Of a stretch of DNA of 64,000 nucleotides, positions 54,793 through 64,000 are shown piece by piece. The notes beneath the pieces are model-generated. The model was not told the DNA's origin. It saw only the letters and a program-made list of their open reading frames with translations, and ran no database searches. The stretch covers positions 1 through 64,000 of the forward strand of contig CAXWPL010000003.1 of the NCBI GenBank assembly GCA_963666215.2, written 5' to 3'. A program made the position numbers and the translations under genes. Source of the DNA: Acidobacteriota bacterium (GTDB lineage Bacteria > Acidobacteriota > UBA890 > WLXD01). Numbering within the stretch: position 1 is the first letter of the stretch; every line of letters begins with the position of its first letter.

Positions 54793-56732
54793 TACAGAGT
54801 GATCCGGCGATGGGCGGTGAGAGCCTCGCCCACGAACAGGAGGGCCGCCAGCAGCAGCAACGCTGGCCACACGCGACGGGCCCCCGAAAGAGTCTCCGGT
54901 TCGTCCGACTCGGCGCCTTCGGAGCCTGGCGCGAGCACCGAACGTCCGATGTCGGAGATGCCAGCGCCTGCCAACAAAACCGCGATCGGCATCGCCCGGG
55001 CGCTGCCTCCGCCACGCGGCCGCGCAACATAGATCCCGGGCTGGGCTGCGGCGAACCGAGTGCCTCCGTCGATGTCGCGGCCCTCGACCGTTTGGTCGGT
55101 TGGGTCCGTTTGATCCCCGCCCGCCACCGGTTGCGATCGGACCCGCGAGATCGTCGCCCGGAAAGGCACCTCGACGGTTCCGGGTACACGACGCAAATAG
55201 CTCGAGTCGGCGCGGAACCAGTCGACCACGTTGCTGACGAAAATCGGGAAGCCCAGGCTGCCGGCGATGTCGGAATCTTCGAGTGCGAACGTCAACAAGA
55301 GCTGCGGCACCGGCTGCTCGCGCACCAGCATCAACGGTGTCGTGCTGCTTCCGACGAGCACACGCCACTCGCTCGAGCCCGCGGGCGCCGCCGTGGTCGC
55401 GGTCGTAGTCGTGTCAACGCGCACTGCACGCTCTACGCGCACGTCGTCAAACGCCACCTGCCGCAGCAGCTGCTGCGCGCGAGCCTCATCGGAAATCGAG
55501 AACCCCGGCTCCACGACGACGCCGCTCCGCTCCGGTAACCAGTCGGCGTCGGGAGGCGCGATGACCATGGTCGGGCTGCGGGGCGCGGCGGGCGGTGCGA
55601 AGCGGTCGAGGATGACGCCGTCGAAGTCATCACCTCCCCCGCCTCCGCCGGCTGCGGCCTGGATCGAGGCCGACACGGTCGGCCCCGGGTAGTTCTCCGG
55701 GGCGACCACCGTCAACTCAACCGCGTCGAGCTCCTCGAGCAACTCGCGCAACGCACGGTTGCCGGGCGTTACGAGCAGCAGCCGCGTAGCTCGCGAGCGC
55801 GGTAGGAACGCGTATCCCACGTCGTCGGCGGCAAACGCGTCCCCGGTGCCGCCGGTGGCGGCACCGGGGAACGAAGCCGAGGCGACCAGGGCACCGCCCT
55901 CGAGCGTCGACACATCGAACGTATTACGGTAGCGCTCGCGGGACTGCAGAGTGACCGTGCGCCGGAACTGCACGCCGCGATCGTCGCGAATTTCCATGCG
56001 CACCTCGTGCGCGGCCAAGCCGAAGTTAGTGACCTCGAGGTAGGCCTCGGATGCGCGCTCGGAGGCCGGGACGCGCCGCACCTCGAATGCCGTCAACGCC
56101 ACGTTGTCGGCTGCCTCGAACACCGAGCGCGTTTGCACCGACTCCGGCAGCCGCGGCAGCGCTACGCCGTCGGTAATGAACACCACCTCGAGGCCGGAGT
56201 CGAGCTGCGGCCACCTGAAGTCGGCGTGCCAGGGTTGCAGATCGTCGAGCGCCGCGAGCGCCGCCGAGCGGTGTCGACTCTCGGCGGCGAGCACTCGTCC
56301 ACCCGTATCGGCGAGCAGGAACCGGTCCGCACCCGAAGACGCCTCGAGCGTGCGGCGCGCCAAAGCCACCGCCCGCTGCCAGCGGCTCTCGCCGTTGGCG
56401 GTCGTAGCGGTCATGTTGAGGCGCGTATCAAGCACGAGTGCGACGCGCCGTGGCGTATCAACCGCTTCACCATCTCCGTCGAGCTCTGCCTCGGCGAATG
56501 CGCCGGCCAGCGACAGACCAATCGCCAGCGCGATCAGCAGCGACAGCAACTTGCGGAGAATCTCCAGCAGTGACCGCCGCTTGCGCTTCTCGAGCACCCT
56601 CTCCCAGAGCAGCGAGGACGACACCACGAAGCGCCGGTGCTGCACCTTCAAGAAGAAGATGATGATCACGGCGAGGGCAGTGGCGGCGAGCAGCGTAAAG
56701 GCAGCCGTCTGCGACAGTCCGACGAAGCTCAT
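54792..56732 (-). CDS. BatA-like N-terminal domain plus vWA protein
   Basis: 'IFFLK...VSSSLLW' BatA N-terminus, vWA 'LVLDTRLNM' (degenerate MIDAS), 'FITDG', 'FPIFVSN', C-terminal TM. Confidence 0.85.
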   Translation of the reverse strand: MSFVGLSQTAAFTLLAATALAVIIIFFLKVQHRRFVVSSSLLWERVLEKRKRRSLLEILRKLLSLLIALAIGLSLAGAFAEAELDGDGEAVDTPRRVALVLDTRLNMTATTANGESRWQRAVALARRTLEASSGADRFLLADTGGRVLAAESRHRSAALAALDDLQPWHADFRWPQLDSGLEVVFITDGVALPRLPESVQTRSVFEAADNVALTAFEVRRVPASERASEAYLEVTNFGLAAHEVRMEIRDDRGVQFRRTVTLQSRERYRNTFDVSTLEGGALVASASFPGAATGGTGDAFAADDVGYAFLPRSRATRLLLVTPGNRALRELLEELDAVELTVVAPENYPGPTVSASIQAAAGGGGGGDDFDGVILDRFAPPAAPRSPTMVIAPPDADWLPERSGVVVEPGFSISDEARAQQLLRQVAFDDVRVERAVRVDTTTTATTAAPAGSSEWRVLVGSSTTPLMLVREQPVPQLLLTFALEDSDIAGSLGFPIFVSNVVDWFRADSSYLRRVPGTVEVPFRATISRVRSQPVAGGDQTDPTDQTVEGRDIDGGTRFAAAQPGIYVARPRGGGSARAMPIAVLLAGAGISDIGRSVLAPGSEGAESDEPETLSGARRVWPALLLLAALLFVGEALTAHRRITL

Positions 56733-56970
56733 GCGATTCAGGGGGAGGCGAAAACGCCGCGGGGAAGGATCGTGCAGTCAGCCCAGGGTGGATTGTATCT
56801 GCCCTGGCGCCTCGAGGCCTAGCGTCCGGACGTCAACTCGTCGCCTCGCACCGCGTGCCGCCATTGCGAGTCTCGGCGACGCCACTCTTCGCGACCCTGA
56901 GCTCACGCCCGAATCGCCGCAAGGCCAAGGCGTGCGCCGCTGGCTCAGAACCCGGGAACGCTGCTCCCGA

Positions 56971-57921
56971 CTAGTTCAGGAAGCGGCCTTGGCGGAAGAT
57001 CTGGAGAATCAGATCTTCGAACGGGAACTCGGTGACGGTGCGGACGTAGCCGAAGCCGTAGAGAGAGCAGTAGTGCTCGATCTCGTCGCAGAACCCGTCG
57101 AACTCCTCCCGATAGGCCTTCAGCAGCGCCGGAGTGGCGGTCAGATCGCGGCGAGAACGGGTTTCCCGATCGACGAGAGTGATCTCGCCGTTGACAAGCG
57201 GCTCGACGTCGACTGGACTCACCACGTGCAGCGCCAGCACGTCCTGTCGCCGGTAACGCAGCTTGTCGAGGCTCTCCAGCGTGCCGTTGGGATCGAGAAA
57301 GTCGGAGATCACAACCGCCATCCCGCGCCGCTTGCGAGCCGAAAAATATCGATTGAAGGCAGCCGCAGCGTCGGTCGTGTCGGTCGGCTGGACCCCCGAG
57401 AGGAAGCGAAAGACGTTGAAGATCTGGCTCTTGGTTCGCTGGACTGGAAGCTCGTCGATCAGTCGATTGGAGTAGGCGGCCAGCGTCACCCGATCGAGGT
57501 TCGACAGGCCGACGTAGGCAAGCGCGGCGGCGACTTTCTTGGCGTAGTCGAGCTTGGCTCCGCCGTCGTGCCCCATCGAGCCGCTGGCATCCAGAAAGAT
57601 GTAGATTGGCAGATCGGTCTCCTCCTCGAACAGACGCATGATGAGGCGATCGAAGCGGAGATAGGCACGCCAGTCGACGCGGCGGAAGTCGTCGCCGGGC
57701 ACGTAGCCGCGATAGTCGGCAAACTCGACGCCCGAGCCCACGCTCTTGGCTCGGCGCTCGGCCTTGAACTGGCCGGATAGCAGACGCTTCGACACGAGAC
57801 TCAGGAGCTCCAGCTTGCGCAGAAACTCCTCGTCGAAAGGCGCCAGGCCCTTGTCGAGTCGAGGGCTGGGACCGGCACCGCTCGATGCGGTTCCCGCCGC
57901 CGTCGAAGCACTAGCGACCAT
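56971..57921 (-). CDS. DUF58 protein
   Basis: 'GSGVEFADYRGYVPGDDFRRVDW', 'LDASGSM', 'VISDF'. Confidence 0.92.
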   Translation of the reverse strand: MVASASTAAGTASSGAGPSPRLDKGLAPFDEEFLRKLELLSLVSKRLLSGQFKAERRAKSVGSGVEFADYRGYVPGDDFRRVDWRAYLRFDRLIMRLFEEETDLPIYIFLDASGSMGHDGGAKLDYAKKVAAALAYVGLSNLDRVTLAAYSNRLIDELPVQRTKSQIFNVFRFLSGVQPTDTTDAAAAFNRYFSARKRRGMAVVISDFLDPNGTLESLDKLRYRRQDVLALHVVSPVDVEPLVNGEITLVDRETRSRRDLTATPALLKAYREEFDGFCDEIEHYCSLYGFGYVRTVTEFPFEDLILQIFRQGRFLN

Positions 57922-57962
57922 CGAGCTCGTTCCTTCCTATCGACCGACCGTGAACCGATGCG

Positions 57963-58976
57963 CTAACCCTGCGGACCCGGAAGCGACTCGAGGATCGCCC
58001 GGATGATGGTGTCGGTGTCGACGCGATCGGCCTCGCCCTCGAAGTTCAGCAGCACGCGATGTCGCAGCGCGGGTAGCGCCACGGCCTGGATATCGGCGGC
58101 GGCCACATGCACGCGGTCATGCAGCAAAGCGCGAATCTTGCCGGCGAGCACGATCGCCTGGATGGCTCGCGGCCCTGCCCCATAACGAACATAACGCGTG
58201 GTCATGTCGTGCCTGTGATGCGAGTCGGGGTGTGTTGCCAGAGTCAGGCGAATGGCGTAGTCCTGCACAGGCTTGGCGATCGGTACGGAACGCACCGTCC
58301 GACGCATTTCGAGGATTTGCTCGCCGTCGAGAACCCGCTCCACTTGCGGCTCCTCCAACTGGGTCGTGCGTTCGATGATCTCGTGCAGGCTCTCGATGTC
58401 GGGAAACTCGAGCTTGAGCTTGAAGAGAAAACGATCAAGCTGTGCTTCGGGCAACGGATACGTGCCCTCCATCTCGAGCGGATTCTGCGTAGCCAGCACC
58501 AGGAAGGGCTGCTCGAGCTTGTAGCTGGTCCGGCCCACGGTGACGCTGTGATCCTGCATCGCCTCGAGCAGCGCCGACTGCGTCTTGGGCGTGGCGCGAT
58601 TGATCTCGTCGGCCAACAGCACGTTGGCGAACACCGGCCCGGGCTGGAAGTCGAGGTGCTTGTCGCCGTCGGCCGATTCGAGCACGACGTTGGTGCCGAC
58701 AATGTCGGCGGGCATCAGGTCGGGTGTGAACTGAATGCGCGAAAACTCCAGGTGCAGCACGTCCGAGAGCGTTTGTACCAACTTCGTCTTGCCAAGCCCT
58801 GGAACCCCTTCGAGGAGCGCATGGCCGTTTGCCAGCAGGCAAATCAACAGGCCCTCGATAATCTCCTCGTTGGCGACAATGACCTTGCCGATTTCGTCTC
58901 GAACGCGGCCGAAGCGCTGCTGGAAATCGGCGATCTGCTGTTCGGGCTTCTCGGCCTGCTGCAACGGGGCGGTCAT
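57963..58976 (-). CDS. moxR: MoxR family AAA+ ATPase
   Basis: 'EGVPGLGKT', 'RIQFTPDLMPAD', 'LADEINRATPKTQSALLEAM', 'ATQNPLEMEGTYPLPEAQLDRF'. Confidence 0.95.
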   Translation of the reverse strand: MTAPLQQAEKPEQQIADFQQRFGRVRDEIGKVIVANEEIIEGLLICLLANGHALLEGVPGLGKTKLVQTLSDVLHLEFSRIQFTPDLMPADIVGTNVVLESADGDKHLDFQPGPVFANVLLADEINRATPKTQSALLEAMQDHSVTVGRTSYKLEQPFLVLATQNPLEMEGTYPLPEAQLDRFLFKLKLEFPDIESLHEIIERTTQLEEPQVERVLDGEQILEMRRTVRSVPIAKPVQDYAIRLTLATHPDSHHRHDMTTRYVRYGAGPRAIQAIVLAGKIRALLHDRVHVAAADIQAVALPALRHRVLLNFEGEADRVDTDTIIRAILESLPGPQG

Positions 58977-58995
58977 CTACGTGGTCCTCTTCTTC

Positions 58996-60300
58996 TTATT
59001 CGCGTCGGACATTGTCGCGCGCGCGCATCTTCATGAAGTAGTCGCGAATCAACGCTCGATAGCGCCAGTGAATCGGCTCGCCGTGGAGATCCTCCTGCCT
59101 CGCGAACTCGCTCCGCGCCGTAACGTTGCGAGTTTCGAGTCGCGAGCGCTCCGAGCGAGTAATCTCCTCGATCTTGTCTTCCTCTTCTTCTTCGGGCGTC
59201 TCCTCGGGCGGCAGAGCCAGAATCTCACGCTCGAGCTCAACCTCGAGCGTGCTCAGCTCGCCCTCTTCGAACACCTGCTCGTCTCCGCCCTCACGAGTCG
59301 CGTGCCCGATCTCTTCCTCCGATAACTCGCCGGGGTCGAGCTCCTCGCCCTCTTCCTGCAGGAAAACCTCGTCGCCCCCCGGCATCATGGCGCCCGGTTC
59401 CTCTGCGGGCTCGCCCTCGGACTGCTCACTGCTGGCCGACGGGTCGGGCGGCGTTTCCTGGCCTTCTTCGCTGCGCGGCAGATCTTCGGGGTTCTCCACC
59501 TCCATGTCCTGGGACTCGCCCTGAGGCTCGCCTTCCTCGCTGCCCCGCTCATCGCCCATCACTGAGCCTTCGGGCTCGGGAGACTCCCCTTCCTCGGGCG
59601 CCATCTCGCCCTCTTCGGGAAGCGCGTCAATACCCTCCTGCTCGCCCTCGAGCAGGCTCGGCAAATTGACGCGCTCCTCTTCTCGAAGCTGCTCGGGGTC
59701 CTCGGCGTCCTCGCCCACTCCTGCCTCATCGAGCTGACCGAGCGGGTTGGCGTCAGCGAGCTCACCGCCAGCGACATCTGGAAGCGCAACGGCGCCGGCC
59801 AACCGCTCGAACAAACCAGAGGAGGGCAAAAAAAAGCTCGCGACCACAAACCCCAACGCCGCCGCGGCGACCACGCCCAGCCTCTTCGGCATCTCGCGCG
59901 GCACCAGGCGCTCGGCGCTCAGGGAAGTCGCCGTGGCCGCAACGCGCTGCAGATGCAACTCGGTCCAGGCCGTGTCGGTACCTTCGGTGGCGAACCAGTG
60001 GCCTGAGGTCATCTCGCTGTCGAGGTCGGCGGCCTCGTCGACATGCACCGCCGCCGCCCCCAGCGTCCCCCCATGACGCAGCCTCAGTGCGGTATGCATC
60101 GCCAAGCCGGCGACACCGAGCACGTAGACCGGCCACCCGACCCGCAAGCCCGGCGAGACCAGGGCGGTCCAGAGCCTGAGCACCGCGCACAGCAGCAGGG
60201 CTCGCCACAGCCAATCGGTCAACCCCTGTGTCCAGCGGTTGGCGCGCGCGCGAGCGCGCACCAGGCGCAGGAGCTGGAGAGTGATTTCCTGAGGGGTCAT
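58996..60300 (-). CDS. Membrane protein with long acidic linker and C-terminal YRxxxxxYF motif (MoxR-operon associated)
   Basis: Three TM segments, Glu/Gly/Pro-rich disordered region, ends 'IHWRYRALIRDYFMKMR'. Confidence 0.75.
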   Translation of the reverse strand: MTPQEITLQLLRLVRARARANRWTQGLTDWLWRALLLCAVLRLWTALVSPGLRVGWPVYVLGVAGLAMHTALRLRHGGTLGAAAVHVDEAADLDSEMTSGHWFATEGTDTAWTELHLQRVAATATSLSAERLVPREMPKRLGVVAAAALGFVVASFFLPSSGLFERLAGAVALPDVAGGELADANPLGQLDEAGVGEDAEDPEQLREEERVNLPSLLEGEQEGIDALPEEGEMAPEEGESPEPEGSVMGDERGSEEGEPQGESQDMEVENPEDLPRSEEGQETPPDPSASSEQSEGEPAEEPGAMMPGGDEVFLQEEGEELDPGELSEEEIGHATREGGDEQVFEEGELSTLEVELEREILALPPEETPEEEEEDKIEEITRSERSRLETRNVTARSEFARQEDLHGEPIHWRYRALIRDYFMKMRARDNVRRE

Positions 60301-60536
60301 GAGCCGTAGGGCGCCGGCGGAGAATGCTGAGAGTGCGCCGCTTCTGTGCGGTTGGGAGACACCACAAGCAGACGCCTGAGTGGGCAGGCTAGCATATCGT
60401 CCAAGGGCTTTCGGCCTGTGTCATGACTGCTCTTGATCGATCGCCCGCCTCTCACGCCGCCGCGATCACCAGTGGTGCTGCACGCGATCGAACCAGGTGC
60501 CGCGAACGCTTCCGCGGGAGGGCGCCGGACGTGCTC

Positions 60537-61943
60537 CTATTGTATGTAGCCGAGATTCTTGAGCTCGAGCAGGTCCTCTTCCGAGAGCTCGACGAGATCG
60601 GCAGGCAGCGAGTCGTGCTTGCGGATCAACGCAAGCTGCGTCGCGAGGCCCTCGGCGATGAACGGATGCTGTGCTGACACGTCGGTGCGCTCCATCGGAT
60701 CGGCCGCCAGGTCGTACAAGGCGCCATCGAGCAACTTCCAACGCTGCATGCGAATCGCCGTAGGCAGTGGATCGCGGCGGATGTCGCGCTGGCTGACGGC
60801 GTAAACCGCGTCGCTCCGACGATTCAGCAGGCGATCCATCAGGCTCGCACCCTGCATGAAGGTATTCGTCTCGACCCCGAGGACGTCGAGCATGGTGGGA
60901 AGCACATCGATGCCGCGTGCCACCTCAGCGACAACCGAGCCAGCGAATTTCGAGCCCGGCATCTTGACGACCAGCGGCACACGCAGCAGCTCGTCGTACA
61001 GCGTCCACGAATGCCAGCCCACGCGGCCGCGCTCGCCGAACTCCTCGCCGTGGTCGGAGGTGAAGATGATCAGTGTGTTGTCGTACAACCCGCGCACACG
61101 CAGCGACGCCAGCAGGTCGCCGAAGGCATCATCCATGTTGCGAATCTCGCCATCGTAGGCGGCGATGATGTGCTGCCGATCGGCCTCGCTGAGCCGCTTC
61201 CGCACGGGGTTCTGGAAAACATCCCTGAGAAACTCCAGCGACACCTCGTCGGATACCGGACCGTCATAGTCCGGATCGAACATCCGGAGGTAGCGCTTCG
61301 GAGGCGTATACGGTGTGTGCACCTCGTAGGTATGCAGCATCAGGAAGAACCGCTCGTCGCCAAACTCGTCGAGCCACTTGTCGGCTTTGTCGACGATGTC
61401 GCTAAAGCGCGACGTGTGCGTGCGTGGCTCGGTGAAGTACCGGTAAACGTCGAACCCCTGATCGAGACCCCACTTGCTCTGCATCTGGCCACCTGCGGTG
61501 AAGGCAGCCGTGCGGAACCCGTCTTGGTAGAGAATCTCGGCCATCGTGGTGGCCTCGGGCGCGAGTCCCTGTCGCAGATCCTTGAAGGCCTGATGGTGCT
61601 CCGGGATCAGCGAGGTGAAGATCGAAGCGTGCGATGGCAGCGTTGATGGAGCGTGCGAGATCGCATCGTCGAAACGGATCGATTGCTCCGCGAAAAGATC
61701 CACGTTGGGCGTCGTTTCGCGCTCGTAGCCGTACGCCCCCACATGATCCTTTCGTAGAGTATCGATCGAGATCAGAAGGACATTGCAGTCGTCGCAGACG
61801 TAGTCGGAGTCGCCGAACCAGCTCGAGCCCCGCAGCGTCGGCAGCGGCGAGGCGATCGACAGGTCAACCGCATCGGCCACCTGAATCAGCAGGAGGAAAG
61901 CGGTAACGAAGCCGGAAACGACGGCGAGTTTCAAGCGTGACAT
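60537..61943 (-). CDS. Sulfatase-like alkaline-phosphatase-superfamily protein (TxPSH variant)
   Basis: 'ISIDTLRKDH', 'APSTLPSH', 'HTYEVHTPY', 'TSDHGEEF', 'LKNLGYI'; N-terminal TM or signal peptide. Confidence 0.87.
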   Translation of the reverse strand: MSRLKLAVVSGFVTAFLLLIQVADAVDLSIASPLPTLRGSSWFGDSDYVCDDCNVLLISIDTLRKDHVGAYGYERETTPNVDLFAEQSIRFDDAISHAPSTLPSHASIFTSLIPEHHQAFKDLRQGLAPEATTMAEILYQDGFRTAAFTAGGQMQSKWGLDQGFDVYRYFTEPRTHTSRFSDIVDKADKWLDEFGDERFFLMLHTYEVHTPYTPPKRYLRMFDPDYDGPVSDEVSLEFLRDVFQNPVRKRLSEADRQHIIAAYDGEIRNMDDAFGDLLASLRVRGLYDNTLIIFTSDHGEEFGERGRVGWHSWTLYDELLRVPLVVKMPGSKFAGSVVAEVARGIDVLPTMLDVLGVETNTFMQGASLMDRLLNRRSDAVYAVSQRDIRRDPLPTAIRMQRWKLLDGALYDLAADPMERTDVSAQHPFIAEGLATQLALIRKHDSLPADLVELSEEDLLELKNLGYIQ

Positions 61944-62321
61944 GACGTGGCCGAATAGCCGAGCGTTGGCAAGTGATCCACAAGGCCGAGGAGCTCGACC
62001 CGGCGCGGTTGCGCCAGCGCGCGGCCCGTAGCGGATGCGCGGCGCTGCATGGTGTCCATCTGCAGATTCTACGCGATCGCGGCCGCTGCCGCTGTGTCAC
62101 CGACCTCCAGACAACCCGACCCGACAACGGCCTCGAGCCCGGCCGATCGCTCGAGCCGGCCGGATCCCGGTCAGTTCCGCGAAGACGTTCTTGCGCTGCG
62201 GAGGCAACGATGTCAGCGTCGTCCGGCAGCCTGACCTGCCTACCCTTCAGGATCATCTTCTAAAGGTCCTTTCGAACGCGCCGTACCACTCACTGGCACC
62301 GCCAGAGGAGCTCGTATTCAA

Positions 62322-63992
62322 ATGACTTGCACCAGCACCAACACCACCGCCCCGCTCCCTCATCCGCGAGCTTCTCGCCGTGCACGTACGACGCTGTGCG
62401 CCACGCTCGCGCTGGCGCTCTTCACCGTTGCCGGCTCGGTGGCCGCTTCAACCGGCACGTCCGGCTCCTCGAAGTTCTCCGCCAACCAGGCTGGCGCGGT
62501 CTCGTCGGGGCCTTATCAAAGCCTGGTCATCCGCGGCGCGATGATCATTCCCGGGCACGGCGGCCCCGCATACGGCCCCGCCGACATCGTCATCGAGGGC
62601 GCCACGATCTCTCGTATCGTGCCCCTCGACCCCGTGACGCTCGAGCGCGGCGGCGACGCCGACCGCCCGCAGGGCGACCGCGTGATCGACGCCACCGGCA
62701 TGTACGTCATGCCCGGCATGATCGATCTGCACACACATATCCGTACCGACCCGCTGCCGCTCGAGTATGTCTACGCGATGAAGCTGGCGCACGGCGTGAC
62801 GACCATGGCGAACGCCTCCGACCGTGGCTTCGAGGCTGCGGTTGCCGAGGCAGCGCGATCGGCAGACAACGAAGTTGCCGCGCCGCGGATGTTCCCGCTG
62901 CACTCGTGGTCGCAGTTCGACCCCGAGGACGATGACCCGACGAGCTGGACCGATCCGGGCCGTGTTCGACGTAATGCGCGCGAGCTGGTCAAGGCCGGTG
63001 CTCACGTGGTTAGCGTGGGCAACATCGCCTGGCACCCCGAGCTCTTCGCCGCGGTGTCGCGAGCCGTCTACGAGGTCGGCGGTATCACCACGGTCCACCT
63101 ACCTCCGTCGTCGACCGCGGTCGTACAGGCCGTGCAGGCCGCAGAGGCCGGTGTGACGATGATCGAGCACCACTATGGCTACGCCGAGTCGGCGCTCGAC
63201 CGCAAGGTTCAGGACTTCCCGGCCAACTACAACTTCAACAACGAGATCGAACGGTTCCGGCACGCCGGCAAAGTCTGGCTCGAAGCACCGCGCGACACGC
63301 TACTCGAGGACGTCGCCCAGCGCCTGGCCGATAGTGGTGTCGCGATGATCCCGACGATGTCGGTGTACGAGGCCAATCGAGACATCAACCGTGCCATGTC
63401 ACTGCCGTGGCACAACAAGTACACGCACCGCGCGTTGATCGACTGGAGCTTCCCGAACCCGAGCTTCCATGGTTCCTACCACTGGGATTGGACCTCCGAC
63501 GACGAAGCCACCTGGACCCAAATGTATCGGCTTTGGCAAGAGCTGATCTTTCAGTTCAACCGTCGCGGCGGCACCGTTGGCTACGCTACCGACGACAACT
63601 ACATCTGGGCCGTCGGTGGCATCTCGAACGTGCGCGAGCTGCAGCTCATGCAGGAAACCGGCATGCACCCGCTCGAGATCATCAAGTCGGCGACCTTCAA
63701 CAGCGCCAAGATCCTGCGCCAGGACGACCTCGGCATGGTCCGTCCGGGCTTCAAGGCCGACCTTGCGATCGTCAACGGCAACCCGCTGCACAGTTTCCGC
63801 AGCATGTACGCGTTCGGTGCCTTGACGCTAGAAGGCGACAACATGGTGCGACGCGGCGGCGTCCGCTGGACGCTGAAGGATGGCGTGGTGTTCGACACCC
63901 AGGCACTGATGGCCAACGTCGTGAGCATGGTCGCCGAGTCCAAGCGTGGCTGGACGAACCCGGTCGACGCGCTGTTCGAGCTACCGCAGTAG
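62322..63992 (+). CDS. Secreted amidohydrolase family protein
   Basis: Signal peptide; 'VMPGMIDLHTH', 'EHHYG', 'GMHPLEII', 'GFKADLAIVNGNPL'. Confidence 0.88.
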   Translation: MTCTSTNTTAPLPHPRASRRARTTLCATLALALFTVAGSVAASTGTSGSSKFSANQAGAVSSGPYQSLVIRGAMIIPGHGGPAYGPADIVIEGATISRIVPLDPVTLERGGDADRPQGDRVIDATGMYVMPGMIDLHTHIRTDPLPLEYVYAMKLAHGVTTMANASDRGFEAAVAEAARSADNEVAAPRMFPLHSWSQFDPEDDDPTSWTDPGRVRRNARELVKAGAHVVSVGNIAWHPELFAAVSRAVYEVGGITTVHLPPSSTAVVQAVQAAEAGVTMIEHHYGYAESALDRKVQDFPANYNFNNEIERFRHAGKVWLEAPRDTLLEDVAQRLADSGVAMIPTMSVYEANRDINRAMSLPWHNKYTHRALIDWSFPNPSFHGSYHWDWTSDDEATWTQMYRLWQELIFQFNRRGGTVGYATDDNYIWAVGGISNVRELQLMQETGMHPLEIIKSATFNSAKILRQDDLGMVRPGFKADLAIVNGNPLHSFRSMYAFGALTLEGDNMVRRGGVRWTLKDGVVFDTQALMANVVSMVAESKRGWTNPVDALFELPQ

Positions 63993-64000
63993 TCCGCGTT

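Noticed and set aside
54793-55368. Long N-terminal extension of ORF 52246-55368
   Set aside because: It overlaps the BatA-vWA gene in another frame and is Arg-rich junk; a coupled GTG start exists at 54792. Similar extensions were trimmed for the ORFs at 16399, 35007 and 49831.
61960-62290. Possible gene remnants between the sulfatase-like and amidohydrolase genes
   Set aside because: Short coding-like stretches, but I could not recognise any family.
1-64000. CRISPR arrays, rRNA, tRNA, prophage or known defence systems
   Set aside because: I saw no regularly spaced repeats, cloverleaf or rRNA-like sequence, or phage or defence motifs; small RNAs could be missed by eye.

Overview
GC-rich (roughly two-thirds G+C by eye) bacterial chromosomal window. 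The gene repertoire (VPS10/BNR propeller proteins, DUF5916, choice-of-anchor B, PD40 fragments, sulfatase-like proteins, MoxR-vWA operon) suggests an Acidobacteriota-like heterotroph; that assignment is inference only. It carries about 45 genes or gene remnants for amino-acid/peptide uptake and catabolism, an LplT-Aas fusion, a LutC + LutB/A lactate utilisation pair, an uncharacterised cytoplasm-facing Mo-bisPGD oxidoreductase with a ferredoxin-NrfD fusion partner, a flotillin operon divergent from an ECF sigma/anti-sigma/DUF4097 operon, and a five-gene MoxR-DUF58-vWA operon. Mobile DNA: three near-identical copies of a 1043-bp IS481-family element plus a solo left end, all at or beside CTAG, and one IS256-family element without a target duplication. 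The IS481 leader folds into a ~70-nt hairpin that buries the transposase RBS and ATG. Its insertions sit on a TAG stop codon (harmless) or on CTA-GT codons in signal peptides (gene-disrupting). At least eight genes are broken by IS insertion, deletion chimeras, orphan C-terminal fragments, a nonsense codon or frameshifts, which points to active genome erosion; some single-base defects may be sequencing errors. I saw no CRISPR array, rRNA or tRNA. All product calls come from motif recognition by eye, not from database searches.
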